The notes under the pieces were generated by a model that saw only the letters and a program-made list of their open reading frames with translations, searched no databases and was not told the DNA's origin. A DNA stretch of 63,837 bases, the filler included, from Hausera hauseri (taxonomy: Eukaryota): the NCBI GenBank assembly GCA_046269625.1. It is 12 parts of 12 records of this genome, joined end to end, with 100 filler letters (N's around TTAATTAATTAA, not from the genome) between each part and the next. Parts side by side here need not be neighbours in the genome. Positions count along the whole stretch, not along the records: positions 22,795 to 26,981 come from JBJURY010712770.1; positions 27,082 to 37,204 come from JBJURY010235517.1; 10 more parts are not named here. One strand, given 5' to 3'. The stretch's first letter is position 1; each line of letters starts with the position of its first letter. The position numbers and the translations under genes are program-made. This document shows positions 24,901-37,304 of the stretch, piece by piece.

Positions 24901-26415
24901 TACAGAAATGTCGCCAACGGTGCCATTCCTCAAACACAGCTGGCTAAAGTCAACCAGTAAGTTATAGTGTGAGAGAAAGTCAGATCCTAGGATTGCCGAC
25001 TGGACGTTAGCGACTGTGAACGTCCAGCGGAAAGATGTAGAGAAATTTAATAATGTGAAAGACAGTGTAGCAGTGCCCGAGATGTGCAGCGGCTGGCCTA
25101 AAGCAGTATATAAAGGCTTAAGTTTGAATGGAGAATTTAGTGTAGGAAAGGTTTGCGGTAATAGAGAAATTGCGGCCCCTTTATCAATAAGGAAGTCAAG
25201 AGATTGAGTTGTAGGGGCAGTGATTTCAGCCTTTAGAGTAAAGACTGCAAAAGAAATGTGTCGGCGGTCAGAATGTGAAAGAGTGCCTTTGCCAGAGTTT
25301 GCCGTGACCTCTGGCGGCGAAGTTAGTTTTTTTGGAAAGATGAACTGGAACGACTGTGAGAAGTGAAGGCAGTACATCCGTCGTTCGTGTTGAATTTGAA
25401 GGTACAGCCAGGAATACATTTACATGCTTAATTTTTGAATCTCTCGTGGTAAATGCAAACAACGGTGTCGGAGGAAAACTTCTGGTTATAAAATTGGCAA
25501 CCTAGGCAGAATTTCTGAGCATTTTTGTTGAATCTGCTGTTGTAGTAGGAGATCGATAAACGCGCAGGCGATGGTGAGCGGTTTCGTGGCGTAGAGCGGG
25601 TACGGGAAACGGCAAAACCCCCTCGTCGGGACAAAGACAATTCATTTATTTTATTATTTATGTTGTTGATAACTATAATATTTAATATTATAATATTTTC
25701 AGCTCGTAGCTGATTACGCTGCAGTTCTATGGACGTGTTAGTTGTTTGTATATCGTTAGCAGCAACTGCTGCTGAAACTACTGGTTGCGAATTTGTGTAT
25801 GACATCGAATGTCCTATCGGCCAATTTGGCCAATTTTTCAATCTGCGTTGAGTCTCCAACCACGGTAAGAAGGGCCCGGATTTGGATAGTTAGAGCATTC
25901 AGAAAATAATAACGTAAATCCGGGTTATGTTCCTTAGTTACTCCCAGAGTATGCAAGTGTGCTAATGAGGTGCGTAAGAAGTCACTTGGTTTTTCTGTAC
26001 CTATTGCATTTTCGTTAAAAAACGCTACATTATGGAGTCAGTTGAAGGTTCGGTCTGTTTTACGACAGCGTCGAATAATTGGGTATAAGGGTCAGGATGT
26101 TGGAAGATGTCCAGTAAGTTTTGATTGAGGCCTTTATGGCGTTTGGAAGAAGATAGAGCAAGCTGTGGGCTTTCGATAAGGTGTCTGTTATGCCATTAGA
26201 TTGTAACCAGAGTTGATGAATATGAAGCCACGTTTTACTGGACTTTTCATTATCTATAAAGCATTCAGTGCAGTGTGGAGTATTGGTAGGATGTTTATGG
26301 GGATTTGCATCGATTGAAGAAAGTGGAGGGTTTGGTTTAGAGTAGTAGAGAATGGGTATTGACTTTTTGTGGTGGTGGTTGTATCCGTGGTGTTGATAGT
26401 TGGTGGGGAATTCAT

Positions 26416-26625
26416 TCCACCACGGATATGGAGATGTATGTTGAAGCAAGCGTGATTTGAAAAGGAATGTAAAATTTCCTTGAGGTGTATGATGGTACCG
26501 TGATGGCTAAGAAAGAAGTCTGAAGAACTAAGGATAGAAGAAGGTGGGTTTGAAAGGTGGGGATATGCGGGTGTGTAGTATGGAGGGTATATATGTGAAT
26601 GTTGTTATAAAAAAAGAAAATGGAG
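26416..26625 (-). other. Ubiquitin-like domain ending in IRGG, N-terminal to Gag (one frameshift)
   Basis: Manual translation SIFFFYNNIHIYTLH...(frameshift)...SDFFLSHHGTIIHLKEILHSFSNHACFNIHLHIRGG|MNSPP, with an ATG at 26415-26413 directly after GG. Confidence 0.65.
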
Positions 26626-26719
26626 GTGGGGCAGTGATGGGCTTGGGGGCGTGATATAGAGCCGACATCGAAGGTGCCCGCGACCGACCGGCGCGTGGTT
26701 GGCGGTCGGGACCTCCACC

Positions 26720-26741
26720 CCGGCAGGTCTGGCACCAAAAT
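26720..26741 (-). promoter_or_regulatory. Putative LTR 3' end (..CCCTGCA) and primer-binding site (TGGTGCCAGA..)
   Basis: Minus strand reads GCACCCTGCA-TTT-TGGTGCCAGACC, the CA/spacer/TGG arrangement, just upstream of Ubl-gag. The tRNA was not identified. Confidence 0.5.
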
Positions 26742-27081
26742 GCAGGGTGCCCGATTTTAAAGTTTCAGTCGGAAGCATTGTGTCTGAAAACTTGATAAAC
26801 GGAGAGAAATTCAATGCAGATGTACGCGTAAAACCAATACTTATATTTGTATTGTTGTAAACAAATTTTGACGATTCTGCTAGAGGGGTCGTGATTGACG
26901 GATGTACTGATGTATCGCCGCTCATAATAGATGTAGTCAGAGGTCCATATTCCTCATATGTTGTTATAATATTATCGAATANNNNNNNNNNNNNNNNNNN
27001 NNNNNNNNNNNNNNNNNNNNNNNNNTTAATTAATTAANNNNNNNNNNNNNNNNNNNNNNNNNNNNNNNNNNNNNNNNNNNN

Positions 27082-27345
27082 CTCTAATATTTCTATCTTA
27101 CTAAGATCTTCGTCAGAAATCATTGGTCGGGCAGATATTTTGGCACGAACTAAGCGATGTCTACTGATATTTTTGAACTACTCACACACGATATATTGTA
27201 CTCTAGGTATATGCGTGTACCTAGAGCACAACATATTTTGTGTGAGAGGTTCAAAAAGATGAATAGGCATAGCTTATTTTGTGCCGAAATATCTGCCCGA
27301 CCAATAATTTCTGACGAAGATCTTAGTAAGATAGAAATATTAGAG
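27082..27345. repeat. Loop-less imperfect palindrome, 264 bp, centred at 27213/27214; left arm cut by the contig end
   Basis: 27082-27159 is the near reverse complement of 27268-27345. Inner arms also pair (tttttgaactactcacacac / tgtgtgagaggttcaaaaa; ctctaggta / tacctagag). Confidence 0.9.
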
Positions 27346-27679
27346 CGTTTAGCAAAGAACGCCAGTCGAATTCTGCAACATCGTTGTCCTCCATAAGACA
27401 TGTATGTATAGTTATAACCTCATATCTTGCTCCTAAATAACCCTACTGTTTACTTCATTTTACCAATACAAACACACACTATAAAAATGTTTATCGTTAT
27501 GCCAAAGTTATATTGTTATGAAATAAATGTGTTATGAAATTAGTTGGCCTTATCCTACATAGTAGTTACATAGTTTTACTTGGCCTTTTCCCACATTACT
27601 TGATCAAGAAAACAACACGATATTTCTACACAAGATTTATTAAGCAAAGAATAACAATATGTAAATATTTACAATGACA

Positions 27680-30600
27680 CATATCAGTGAGGTAGTGTCT
27701 GGATTCCATCATTCAGAATCTGACTCCTGTCACCAATCTAATCTAGGCTGTTCTTCTGTAATGTTACTGTTTCAATGTTATGATACCTGGACTGGATCCT
27801 TCGCATCTCTGATATGATGTGAGTCTGCTCATGCACAACTCTCATATAATCCGCAAAAGTAATATTCTTGGCTAAGGTAGTTCTATAAATTCCCTTATCT
27901 CTCTTTTTGATCTGACCACATACATCAATGTCATACATTATGGACCTAAGATATACAAATTTCGAGATGATTGCCCCATTAAACTTATATTTGAATTTCC
28001 CAGGGACTTTCTTGTTGGTAATTGAATAGTTGGAATGATCCTTCAGATAGTCAGACGTATACACATGTAGAGCCAACTTAGTAAAGTCTTCATAAATGTC
28101 CTCATTATGGATCTGATAGATGAAACTATCAGTATCCATACACATCAACTGCATAAACTTGAACTTGGGGACCATGATGTCATCATGGAATCTGCACATC
28201 AAGGTCTTTGATAGATCCAATATCGCTATATCCACATACATGGGCTTGTTGAATACCAGTGCTGTTTTCAGCATATGAATGCTGACCAAGTTCTCAGCAT
28301 ATATGGTGCTGCTGTGGAAATTGAGCTTGGCAATAAGCTTCTTCGTCCGCTTCCACTCATAGACCAGTTCGATGTTGAACCTGTTGTGGATATTCTCCAT
28401 GGTCTTGGCAAAAAAACTCTGTTGTTGTACAGCTTGAACTGGTCCTTCTCAAAGTCGTTTTTGGAATTTTCCACAACTTCGTATTGAGATGTATGTAGGG
28501 CTGCAACGATTTATACTGGCTGAACTGCAGGGCCCGATGGATCTTAGTAATGCGGAGTCCATTCCTGACCGCCTGCTGGAGATTGATGTAGTGGAATACA
28601 TACCTCTCCCTATTATCCAGATGGCAGAGCAGCTTTCTATGATTTCCATTGGCGGAAGCTTACTTTCAGGGGAAAAAAGCAGCTGCTCATATCTTTGTAC
28701 ATAGAAGCCGGATATTTTATATCTACCTCCAGTATGTATCCGGTATCTCCAGTGGGATCCAGGTCCAGTATAAGGATGTTATTAGGATGCTCGACACACT
28801 TGAATTTATAATATGGCAATGCGGAGCTCATTGCCCATCCACATAGGTTGTTGGCATCCATGTATGATATATATGAAGATTCATTGGATGGATCAAACTG
28901 GGTCATATGCTTGTTGTTGGCCTCGTCATACCGGTAAATTTCCTGGCATATTCCGCCTCTAATGTCTCTCTCAATTATGAGATCATGTCGTTTTCCTTTA
29001 TTATCTGCAGACTAATACCTCTATATCTCAGCATAGCGGCCAAACTAATCCCTGGAGCTGTAAAGAAATGAGCTGGATCTAATGCATAGCTCTTCAACGT
29101 AACATCCCCGAAACTCTCAAAGACATCCGTCAGCACAGCACGTCCGTCGTGAGGTATATGTCGCTGTATTCTCCTAATGTTCGGCATTGAAATGCATCCC
29201 AGACGTTTTGAGCATACTGGTAGTCCTATTATTGATATCGAAGTTAGAGACTATACTGCAAAAGTCCTTCTGCGCCGGCAATGAAGTATCATCCAGTGTT
29301 TTCCGTAAAGTTATATAGTCATAGGGAAACACGTCTTTCCTCATGACAAGATCAAATACAGTGGGATAGAACGGCTTCGTTTCCTTGAGTCCTTCTGCAC
29401 GGAGGTTCTTCACTAAACTGTCAAGTGAATGCAACATGAAACGGAAACTACCTATGAAACGTAGCCTGATTTTTCCAATATGCTGGGTAAATGTGTTTCA
29501 TTTTTCCTCACTATTAGGGATCACATCAATGTTTCCTTCAATGCTGCCCAGTTCCCGAACAACGAAATAGGAATCATAGCTACTAAGATTATAAAACACT
29601 ACAAGCACATATGTACATGTTTTGCAGCGAAGATTGCAGTTGTTGCATGCTGCGCCCCGATATTTGCCTGTAAAATGGAAATGATTCCTAACTTTATGAT
29701 TCTCCTTGGTGAATGATTTGGAGCACAAGTAACATGCTGTTGCCTTGCGCCATTCTTCTTCTTGCTGCTTCGACATGCTCATTGTATCCTTATGCTGCTG
29801 CTGCATATCTCCATTCCTATGAGCCATATCTTCAAGTACTTTCATGAAATGTGCTGCTGCATCTGGACCTCTAAATAGATATGGTTCACTGTCCAGTCCT
29901 TTGGCATATATGCAATATGACGAGAGTTCATTATATTGGTATGCCGTTGTGCTGCTATGTTGGGGATTAGGACTGAAACTCTGAATTGCACGCAGAATAG
30001 ACTCAAAGTCGCAATAGATAACTATTGGGACCTTGATCTTCTTCTCGAACTCCCTGAATTCAATGTAATCCTCCTTGCGAAATTCCGGCCTGATACAATA
30101 ATTGTTGTTGCAGTACATTTTGTGCTCTTTCAGCTTTAATACAACTACGTCGCCGCTGAAATGGGACAAGAATCGTTTACATATTTCTATTTGTTCATTA
30201 TGTTTTGTAATTTGTGATCTGACTTGTCGCTCAAAGTCTTGGATTCAAACATAATGCTTCTTTTCTCCATCGTCTAGCAGGAGCAGGTCCATATGATCTT
30301 CGAATTCAGTATCGCATATCTGCAGGGGATAAAATTTATCATCCTTTTTCAATCCCAAGTTATTGATGGACATGTTGACTTTTCCAAATTTTTAACTGCA
30401 TCTATGAATGGAGGGAACTTGATACATTGGAAGTAATAGTTGTGCTGCAGTTCATTATATAACCAAACTCGATCTACTGCATGATTTTGATCCCGTACGA
30501 GTTTACATAAAATGGCATACATGAAACACTTGTTGTCATCATTATAGACATTGACACACGCTTTTTTATTAGCGATCCCATCAGGGAGCTGAATATATGA

Positions 30601-31760
30601 ACTGCCCTGCATGGGAGAGTACTTGTAAACATACACAATCAATCTCTTAATTGTTGCCAGTGTCCAACCGCTCTTCGTATCCTGGCTCTCCCCGGCTTCA
30701 CGGATCAGCTTCTCGTGCACCTATTGTATCCATTTTGCTATATTGGTGTTTTTGAATGTTGGTCTATTTTTGGTCTTAAAGGCCATATTGTATTCTTCGC
30801 CATCAACATTGACGTATGTGGCCTCCAGTTTCGTATTCACGTTAAGGGCTTTGAGCTCAGCCATGTTGTCCTTAAGAATCCCCTCTGTCTAGTCCTTCGT
30901 GTATAAGAGGAAATCTTGGAGGGTTGTTTGACCAGTTGCCTCAATAACATATCTGCGGCATTTTTTCTTTATTGCTGCCGCATCAAATGGCTGCTGTCTT
31001 TGACTTTTTGATGGAGACAATGCGTCTGATGTGGCTGTGCCCGATGCTGATGCGCATGATGCGGCTGCGTACGAGGCGGCTGCGCGCTTTAATTCTCCAA
31101 TATGCTGCGTAGCTGCTGCACCAGATCCAGCAGCATAATATGAGGCAGAATACTGCAGAGCATTATACTGTGAAGCAGATGCATCAAAATTATGTTGGTC
31201 ATTAAAAATGGCCTTCTTTGACTTTGATGCGAAGTGACTCAAATGATGTTTGTGATGATAATAGAACTGTGTGTAATCTGCGCCGCATACAGTCTCACAT
31301 CCTGGGCATATATAATACAGGAACCTATTAAATTTATATCCATAAAAGCTCCTTATGGCATTATGACAGTTTTGAGGGTTGTGTATTGCACATGTGCAAT
31401 ACACGTATGAACTGCATCTTTGATTTTGCTTAGGCATGGAAGTAATTATTTGCATAGTGGTATTGAATATTTGTTTTTTCGACTTGTAAAGGGAATCAGG
31501 TGTTGTTTATGAGCATTGTAAAAGTCATCATATTTGGTCTGGCACACTACCTCACATGTGGAGCATATATAATACTCAGCCCTGTTGTATAGATAGCTAA
31601 AGTATTTCTGCATAACGTTGTGGCAATTTCCAGGCTCGTGGATTTTTGACAAGCACTGTTTGTGTAGATTACACATCTAAAAATCAGCCAATTATTTGAG
31701 GAGCACAAATAAAACTCTCGCCATTCGTAGAAGTGATTTAGAAAATAATGAAGCATATCA
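27680..31760 (-). pseudogene. Near full-length disabled protein-primed PolB of Polinton/adintovirus type, with endonuclease VII-like insert and N-terminal Cys/His repeats
   Basis: SGW..., GSSYIQLP...NKKACVNV...KCFMYAIL; IYCDFES (Exo I); CYLC...KVRNHFHFTGKYRGAACNNCNL (EndoVII-like); YNLSSYD (Exo II); FPYDY; YMDANNLCGWAM; FKLYNN; MDTDS. Many stops and frameshifts. Confidence 0.92.
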
Positions 31761-32599
31761 ACACATACTGCCTCATTTATGGATTTTTAACCTTTAAACA
31801 TTCTAGAACACTTTGTTTTAATGAATCAAAAAAATTAAATGCACTTGGGCTCCAAATAGATTTTCATACATGGGAAATCAATTAAAGCCATCAGATTCTT
31901 CGAATAATGCATGCTTGACTAAATATTATCGAATTTTTCAATGTTTTGTTCATTTCGAAACACTTGTAAATACTTTGCACACCAATTTTTAGTTGACAAA
32001 GGTTTCTGGACATGGAAAATCCGATGGTACTATTCAAATATTGGAAATGGATTGAAAAATCGGCTTTTTTATTTAAGCCTCTATTCGAATATCTGACATC
32101 ATATTCGGATTCTCCATATATGCATTTCTACCCCTCTACGCTTTTAGATTTTTCGATTTTTCTTTCTAGTCGAATAGAAAATCAATTATTCGAAAAGTTC
32201 GACTTATATTCAAGTTTTAGAATATCTGATGTCATAATCTGATGCAGCATATGTTACTTTCTATGCGTGCACGCTTTTACATTTTTAGATTTCAACTTAC
32301 TTGTGTGCTAAAATCAACTTTAGAGGTTTTATCGCAAAACCATTATTATTGGTTAAAGCACACTTGTTCATGTACGGCACATCTGGAAAGTGCTATATAT
32401 ATGCACTAAGACATTGCGAATCGACTGGCGCTCTTAGATTTTTCAAAAAAATTATCTGTGTCAACATAATCGATACTATTTGGTGAAAATTGATATTTAT
32501 TCGAGTTGTTCACCGAATTTCGGAAATCTGAGATGGAAGAGCCGAGTTACAATGTGGCATTTCCTATCTGTTCCCGCTTAAACATTTGTCGAATTTGGA

Positions 32600-32950
32600 C
32601 TCCTTAGGGCCTAAAAAAACTATGGGAAGTTTGCACCAGTTGCAATTTGAATCGATATTATTCGAAATCGACTCGATCAATTTAAATTCTAATTGCACAT
32701 TCCCATAGAGCATTGTATTTCCAATCGATTGCACCCGGTGCCATGTGCTAATCATCAATATTGGCAATATTGAAAAACCGATATTATTGATTTTTGCACA
32801 CTTGCACATGTGCTACACACCTGCACTGTGCACCAATCGATATGGACTAAGGTGCGCTATCGATTGGCACTTTATCCTTATCGATTCTATTAATTGCGCA
32901 ATGTGCAGCAATCGATTTGTAAAATGTGCAAAATGTGCCTAGCAACGGTG
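32600..32950. repeat. Palindrome-rich MITE-like segment
   Basis: ctatgggaa...ttcccatag inverted pair at ~32620-32709, with dense TGCACA/TGTGCA and ATCGAT words. Confidence 0.35.
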
Positions 32951-33039
32951 CCCAATGGCACCATTGCCTAGCACAATACCGATCGATAATGCTTCATATG
33001 CGGGGGGTGGTGCAGACTTTCCATTTTTACCCTACTATA

Positions 33040-34990
33040 TCACTGGAAATTTCAAAGCAGCGGCACGCAGTTCATGCAATTTACTATATCGAGCAGTCAG
33101 CTTTATTTCTGTTGTTTTTCACAATTTTATTGGGTCTGATTCCCACTTTCATATCACAACATTAGGTGAAGCTGCGAGAAAGATTTATGTCATCCCTCAC
33201 AGTACAGAAAAATATGTATAAATAACAAAACATGTTAGGAAAATAAGTCTCCGATTTATTGACAGCTTCAAATCTATGAGTGCATCACTTGACAGTTTGG
33301 CCAAAAGCTTTCTACCGGATAACTTAAAAGAAACAAAATAATTTTTTCCTGCAGCACTTAGTAAAGCGTCAAGGGGTTTTCTCCTGTGATTACATTACAT
33401 CATGGAAGAAATTAGATGAAAATTCTCTACCAGGCAAAAACAAATTTTACAGTTCACTATGAAATTGAGATATTACCGATGATAATTACACTCATGAGCA
33501 TAATGTATGGCAGGCTTTCCATTATAAAACGATTGGTAAATACAGCGGTACATATTTTAAATCTGATGAGTTACTACTCTCCGACGTATGCGGAAGCTTC
33601 AGGGATGTTAACATAAAAAATCACAAACTGGACTTCACACGTTTCTTTACTGCTCTGGGAATGTCACGGGCAGTAAAGCTCAGATATACTGGAATGAAAT
33701 TGCAGATATTCAAGGACTACTATATGATATCTTTGGAGGAATTTTTCAGGTAGTCCATCGACATGCAGAGATAAATAATCATTGTTTATTAAATTATGAT
33801 GAAACAAAACCATCATCTTTCATTGAATATCTGTATCCTAACAACTTGTACGGTTGGACAATGAGCTTAAGCCTTCCATACGATCATTTTAAATAGGTAG
33901 GATATCCGAATAGTATAGATATCATGAGCATTAACGGGTTTATCTTTGAGGTAGATATTCGCTACTATTGGCTTTATCATGCCAAAACATGGTCAGTTGC
34001 CTTTCCTACCAGAATAAAAATTAATACCTGGTGGAAAGTTCAGAAAACTGTTAACTCATTTGGGTGATAGGAATGGATACATAATGCATTGTATAAAATT
34101 TCATCAGGCTATCCTCAATGGTCTTATTGTCACTAGAGTGCATATGGCTTTGTAATTCTGTCAATACAAATGGCTTCAGCTATATATTCAATTCAATACA
34201 GATCTTCAAACAAATGCAAAAACAATTTTCTAAAAGATCAATTCAAATTGTACAACAGCGTTTTTGGTAAACCATGGAAAATATAAGAAATAAGAAGTCA
34301 ATTGACTTGGGCAACGACTGGAGAAGAGCGAGAAAGTTAATTACAAAGACAAATTTTTTACACAGCATTCTTTATTCTAAATATCTTGCTAGTATCAAAA
34401 TGCAAAAAAATGATTTTGAATTTAAACAAGCTGATTTATATTGAAATGTCGATACTTTATTTGTCAAAAACATTCATGTACGACTTCCATTATAATATCA
34501 TAAAGCCAGTTTTTCCAGACTATACTATATCTATATAAATACGGATTGATTCATAAATCATATCTAGTCCGTTAAAATATTTAACGATTTTTATAATTTG
34601 GCATATTTTTGGATACATCAGATTATCCGAGTGAACATAGGAACTTTTTTGTCACACAAAAAGTTTTAGGGAAATATAAGGACTACGTAAACTACAAAAT
34701 TTTTACTGCGTATGTTGGACTTCATCCGAAAATATACTCTCTTAATGTGGATGGACAAATCAAGAAAATGGCCAAAGGAGTTTAGAGCGCTACACTTCGC
34801 AAACATATCTGGTTTGAAGATTATATAAGGGTCCTTAATAATCAATCGACTCTATTATCAGGCAAGTAGCGAATTGTGTCACATGATCATGTCGTGACGA
34901 CAAATGTACTATAAAAAGTGTCTGAGCTTCTTTGATGACAAACAATATATTCAAGCATATGGAATATCAACATTGCCTCATAGACACTTA
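33040..34990 (+). pseudogene. Second, more decayed PolB copy (exonuclease to C-terminus), head-to-head with the first
   Basis: AARSSCNL, VVFHNFIGSDSH, IPHSTEKY, LRFIDSFKSMSASLDSLA, FFTALG, NNLYGWTM, DQFKLYNSVFGK, KMAKGV, TLPH. Colinear with 27680-29650. Confidence 0.88.
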
Positions 34991-35447
34991 CTTTACAAAA
35001 TTAAGTATAATTTTGCATATTGTATGTTGTCACTTGCATAGTATTGTTTTAGTTCTTTTAAATTACTTTTGAATTTAAAATTTTCATAATGATGTTACTT
35101 TGTAAAGCGAAAGAAAAGATGAAATAGTATTTTATACATTTTTATTATTTTAATAAAAAGTACATAACACCAAATCCAAGTACAGTTGCAAATAAATTTA
35201 CAATCACTGTCTTCTGTATTTGTCTTTCTGTAGAAATACTTTTACGTGCTTTTTTAATCATAGTGCTTCGATATGATTTCTGTATTTTGATAAAATGTAC
35301 GAGGCTCGATCAATAAGTTTTTGCCCTCATGTAGAAAGAGTTAAGATAAATCAACCAAAATTTTATATAATGTGTCAATATCTTATGAGATTAATTTGTA
35401 AATTTTGTTTTCCTAGGTGAAAGAATTTAGGAGATATCAGATTCAAA

Positions 35448-35552
35448 ATGAGTAAAAGTGAATGCATTCCAAAAAGTGAATACAGAACTGTGATCAAGTT
35501 TTTCCATTTAAAAGGACTGAAAGCCTCTGAAATTTGTTATGAAATGAAACCA
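35448..35552 (+). mobile_element. Mariner transposase N-terminal HTH relic
   Basis: MSKSECIPKSEYRTVIKFFHLKGLKASEICYEMK matches the mariner HTH pattern EYRxVIKFxxLKGxxAxEI. Confidence 0.6.
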
Positions 35553-35999
35553 TTTGAATGAAGCATTTTATAAAAATTAACTGTCAATTAGAAAACGTTA
35601 AGAGAACAGCTCCTGAAACATTTACCCCATTAAAAATTTATGAATCTATATATCACATTTCGTAATTATATACACACAAAATTCCAACATTTTGTTTTGA
35701 ACATAAATATCCAGTGAAGTTGCGAATTCTCAAACTATGTAATTGTATAGCAATTGGATAAAATACGTAAAATTCCCTTTTAACAAATAACATTTCGCAA
35801 TACCGTCAAAAGATAAATTAACAATTGAATAGCAGTTATTTTATTTAAATACGACTAATGAATAACACAAATTACCATCTATACGACATCAACAAAAATC
35901 AAATACGGATAGAAATAAACTAAACGACACCAACGGGGGAATAAATCAAAATACTGAAAGATACCGACGTATAAAACCAACGTATTCTACAAACTGGGA

Positions 36000-36732
36000 A
36001 AATGGTAACTTTTTTCATCTAATCGAAAATGGACTTTCAAATGTGTTATGACATTGCTCAAAATGACGTAATTTTCTTTGGAAATACCGAATCGAATTTT
36101 TTTTGCTGACACCGCGTTTCTTTACACAAATGGCACAGATAAATACCAGTGTATCGCGGTCCTTCTTCGGCTGGATGGTTCTCCACATCTAGATCGAAAT
36201 CCGTCTGGTACAATAATCGAGATGCTGGATATTTCTTCATGACTCGTTCGGTGATGTTTTCCGCCCAGCATTTGAGAATTTCCAATTTCTTTTCAACATC
36301 GACAATCATTTGACTGGGCGATTTCGGTAATTCTGGTGACGGTACGTTAATGTTCGTTGAATTGTTCAGAGTTGACGGTAAATTATCCGGTGGAACGTTT
36401 TCCTGTTTAACGATAATGTCTCGCTTAGTCGCCGACATGTGTTCATTATGGTCCCGTAATATAATCTTCACGGCCCGAAGAATTCTCAATCGTGTCCCGG
36501 GAGAAAACAGAAACACATCGCCATTGAATAAGAAATGTAATTTATCAATGTAATTTTCGACATTTTCAACATTCGATAAAAAGTCGAATATATAATGTTC
36601 CATTTTCGTTAGAATATGATCATTAACACAGATTATATCGCTAATATCGACAATTCCACAGATCTCAAACAATGTGATCAGTTTTTCAGATCTAACAACA
36701 TTCAGCAAAATACTTTTCGATAAATCATTCAT
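36000..36732 (-). CDS. Unknown protein with a SAM-like N-terminus and a frameshifted C-terminal C2H2/BED-like finger; probably transposon-associated
   Basis: 224-aa ORF. LFEICGI...FSPGTRLRILRAV resembles the SAM helix-5 pattern. CHLC is in the ORF; NVITHLKVH follows in the shifted frame. Confidence 0.4.
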
Positions 36733-37304
36733 TTGCTATAAAACAAATTAATTTAAAAAACAATTTTTTCATAAATTTAATTAAATTAAAAATTGTTAAT
36801 TAAAGTTATTAAACATGCCAAAAATTGATTGCCTAATTTCAATGTATTTGAAAATTTTACGAAAATTACAGAAAAAAAATGGAAACTTGAATTGACATTT
36901 GTTCGTATGTTTATTTATTTAATTTGATATAGTTTAAATTTCAGACGTAGGGTAATTGGACTGTTAATTAATTTGTTAAAAAATAAAGAGTTATTCTGCT
37001 TTATATATATTATTTAGTTTCGTATTTCAATATTTTTGAAATTGTATAAATAAAATCGAAGTTCACTTTTTCTCTATAAACTCTTAATCTATCATCACAT
37101 TTACTATCATGCGACATTTTCACTGTATATTTGTTTTAAATAGTTAAGTAAAAGGGAGAAAGTATTCATGTAATGTAAAGTTGTATACATTAATGGAAAA
37201 TATGNNNNNNNNNNNNNNNNNNNNNNNNNNNNNNNNNNNNNNNNNNNNTTAATTAATTAANNNNNNNNNNNNNNNNNNNNNNNNNNNNNNNNNNNNNNNN
37301 NNNN

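Larger units (their letters stand above)
22795..26981 (-). mobile_element. Decayed Gypsy (CsRn1-like, divergent subfamily): partial putative 5' LTR, PBS, Ubl-gag, PR, RT, RH, start of IN
   Basis: FLIDKGAAISLL (PR); SSWSSPLHVV, RPCGDYRQLN, TPFGLYEYLFMPFGL, PYIDDIL (RT); TDSST...YSTFDREILA (RH); HIDIVGPLPPDNG (IN). Confidence 0.92.
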
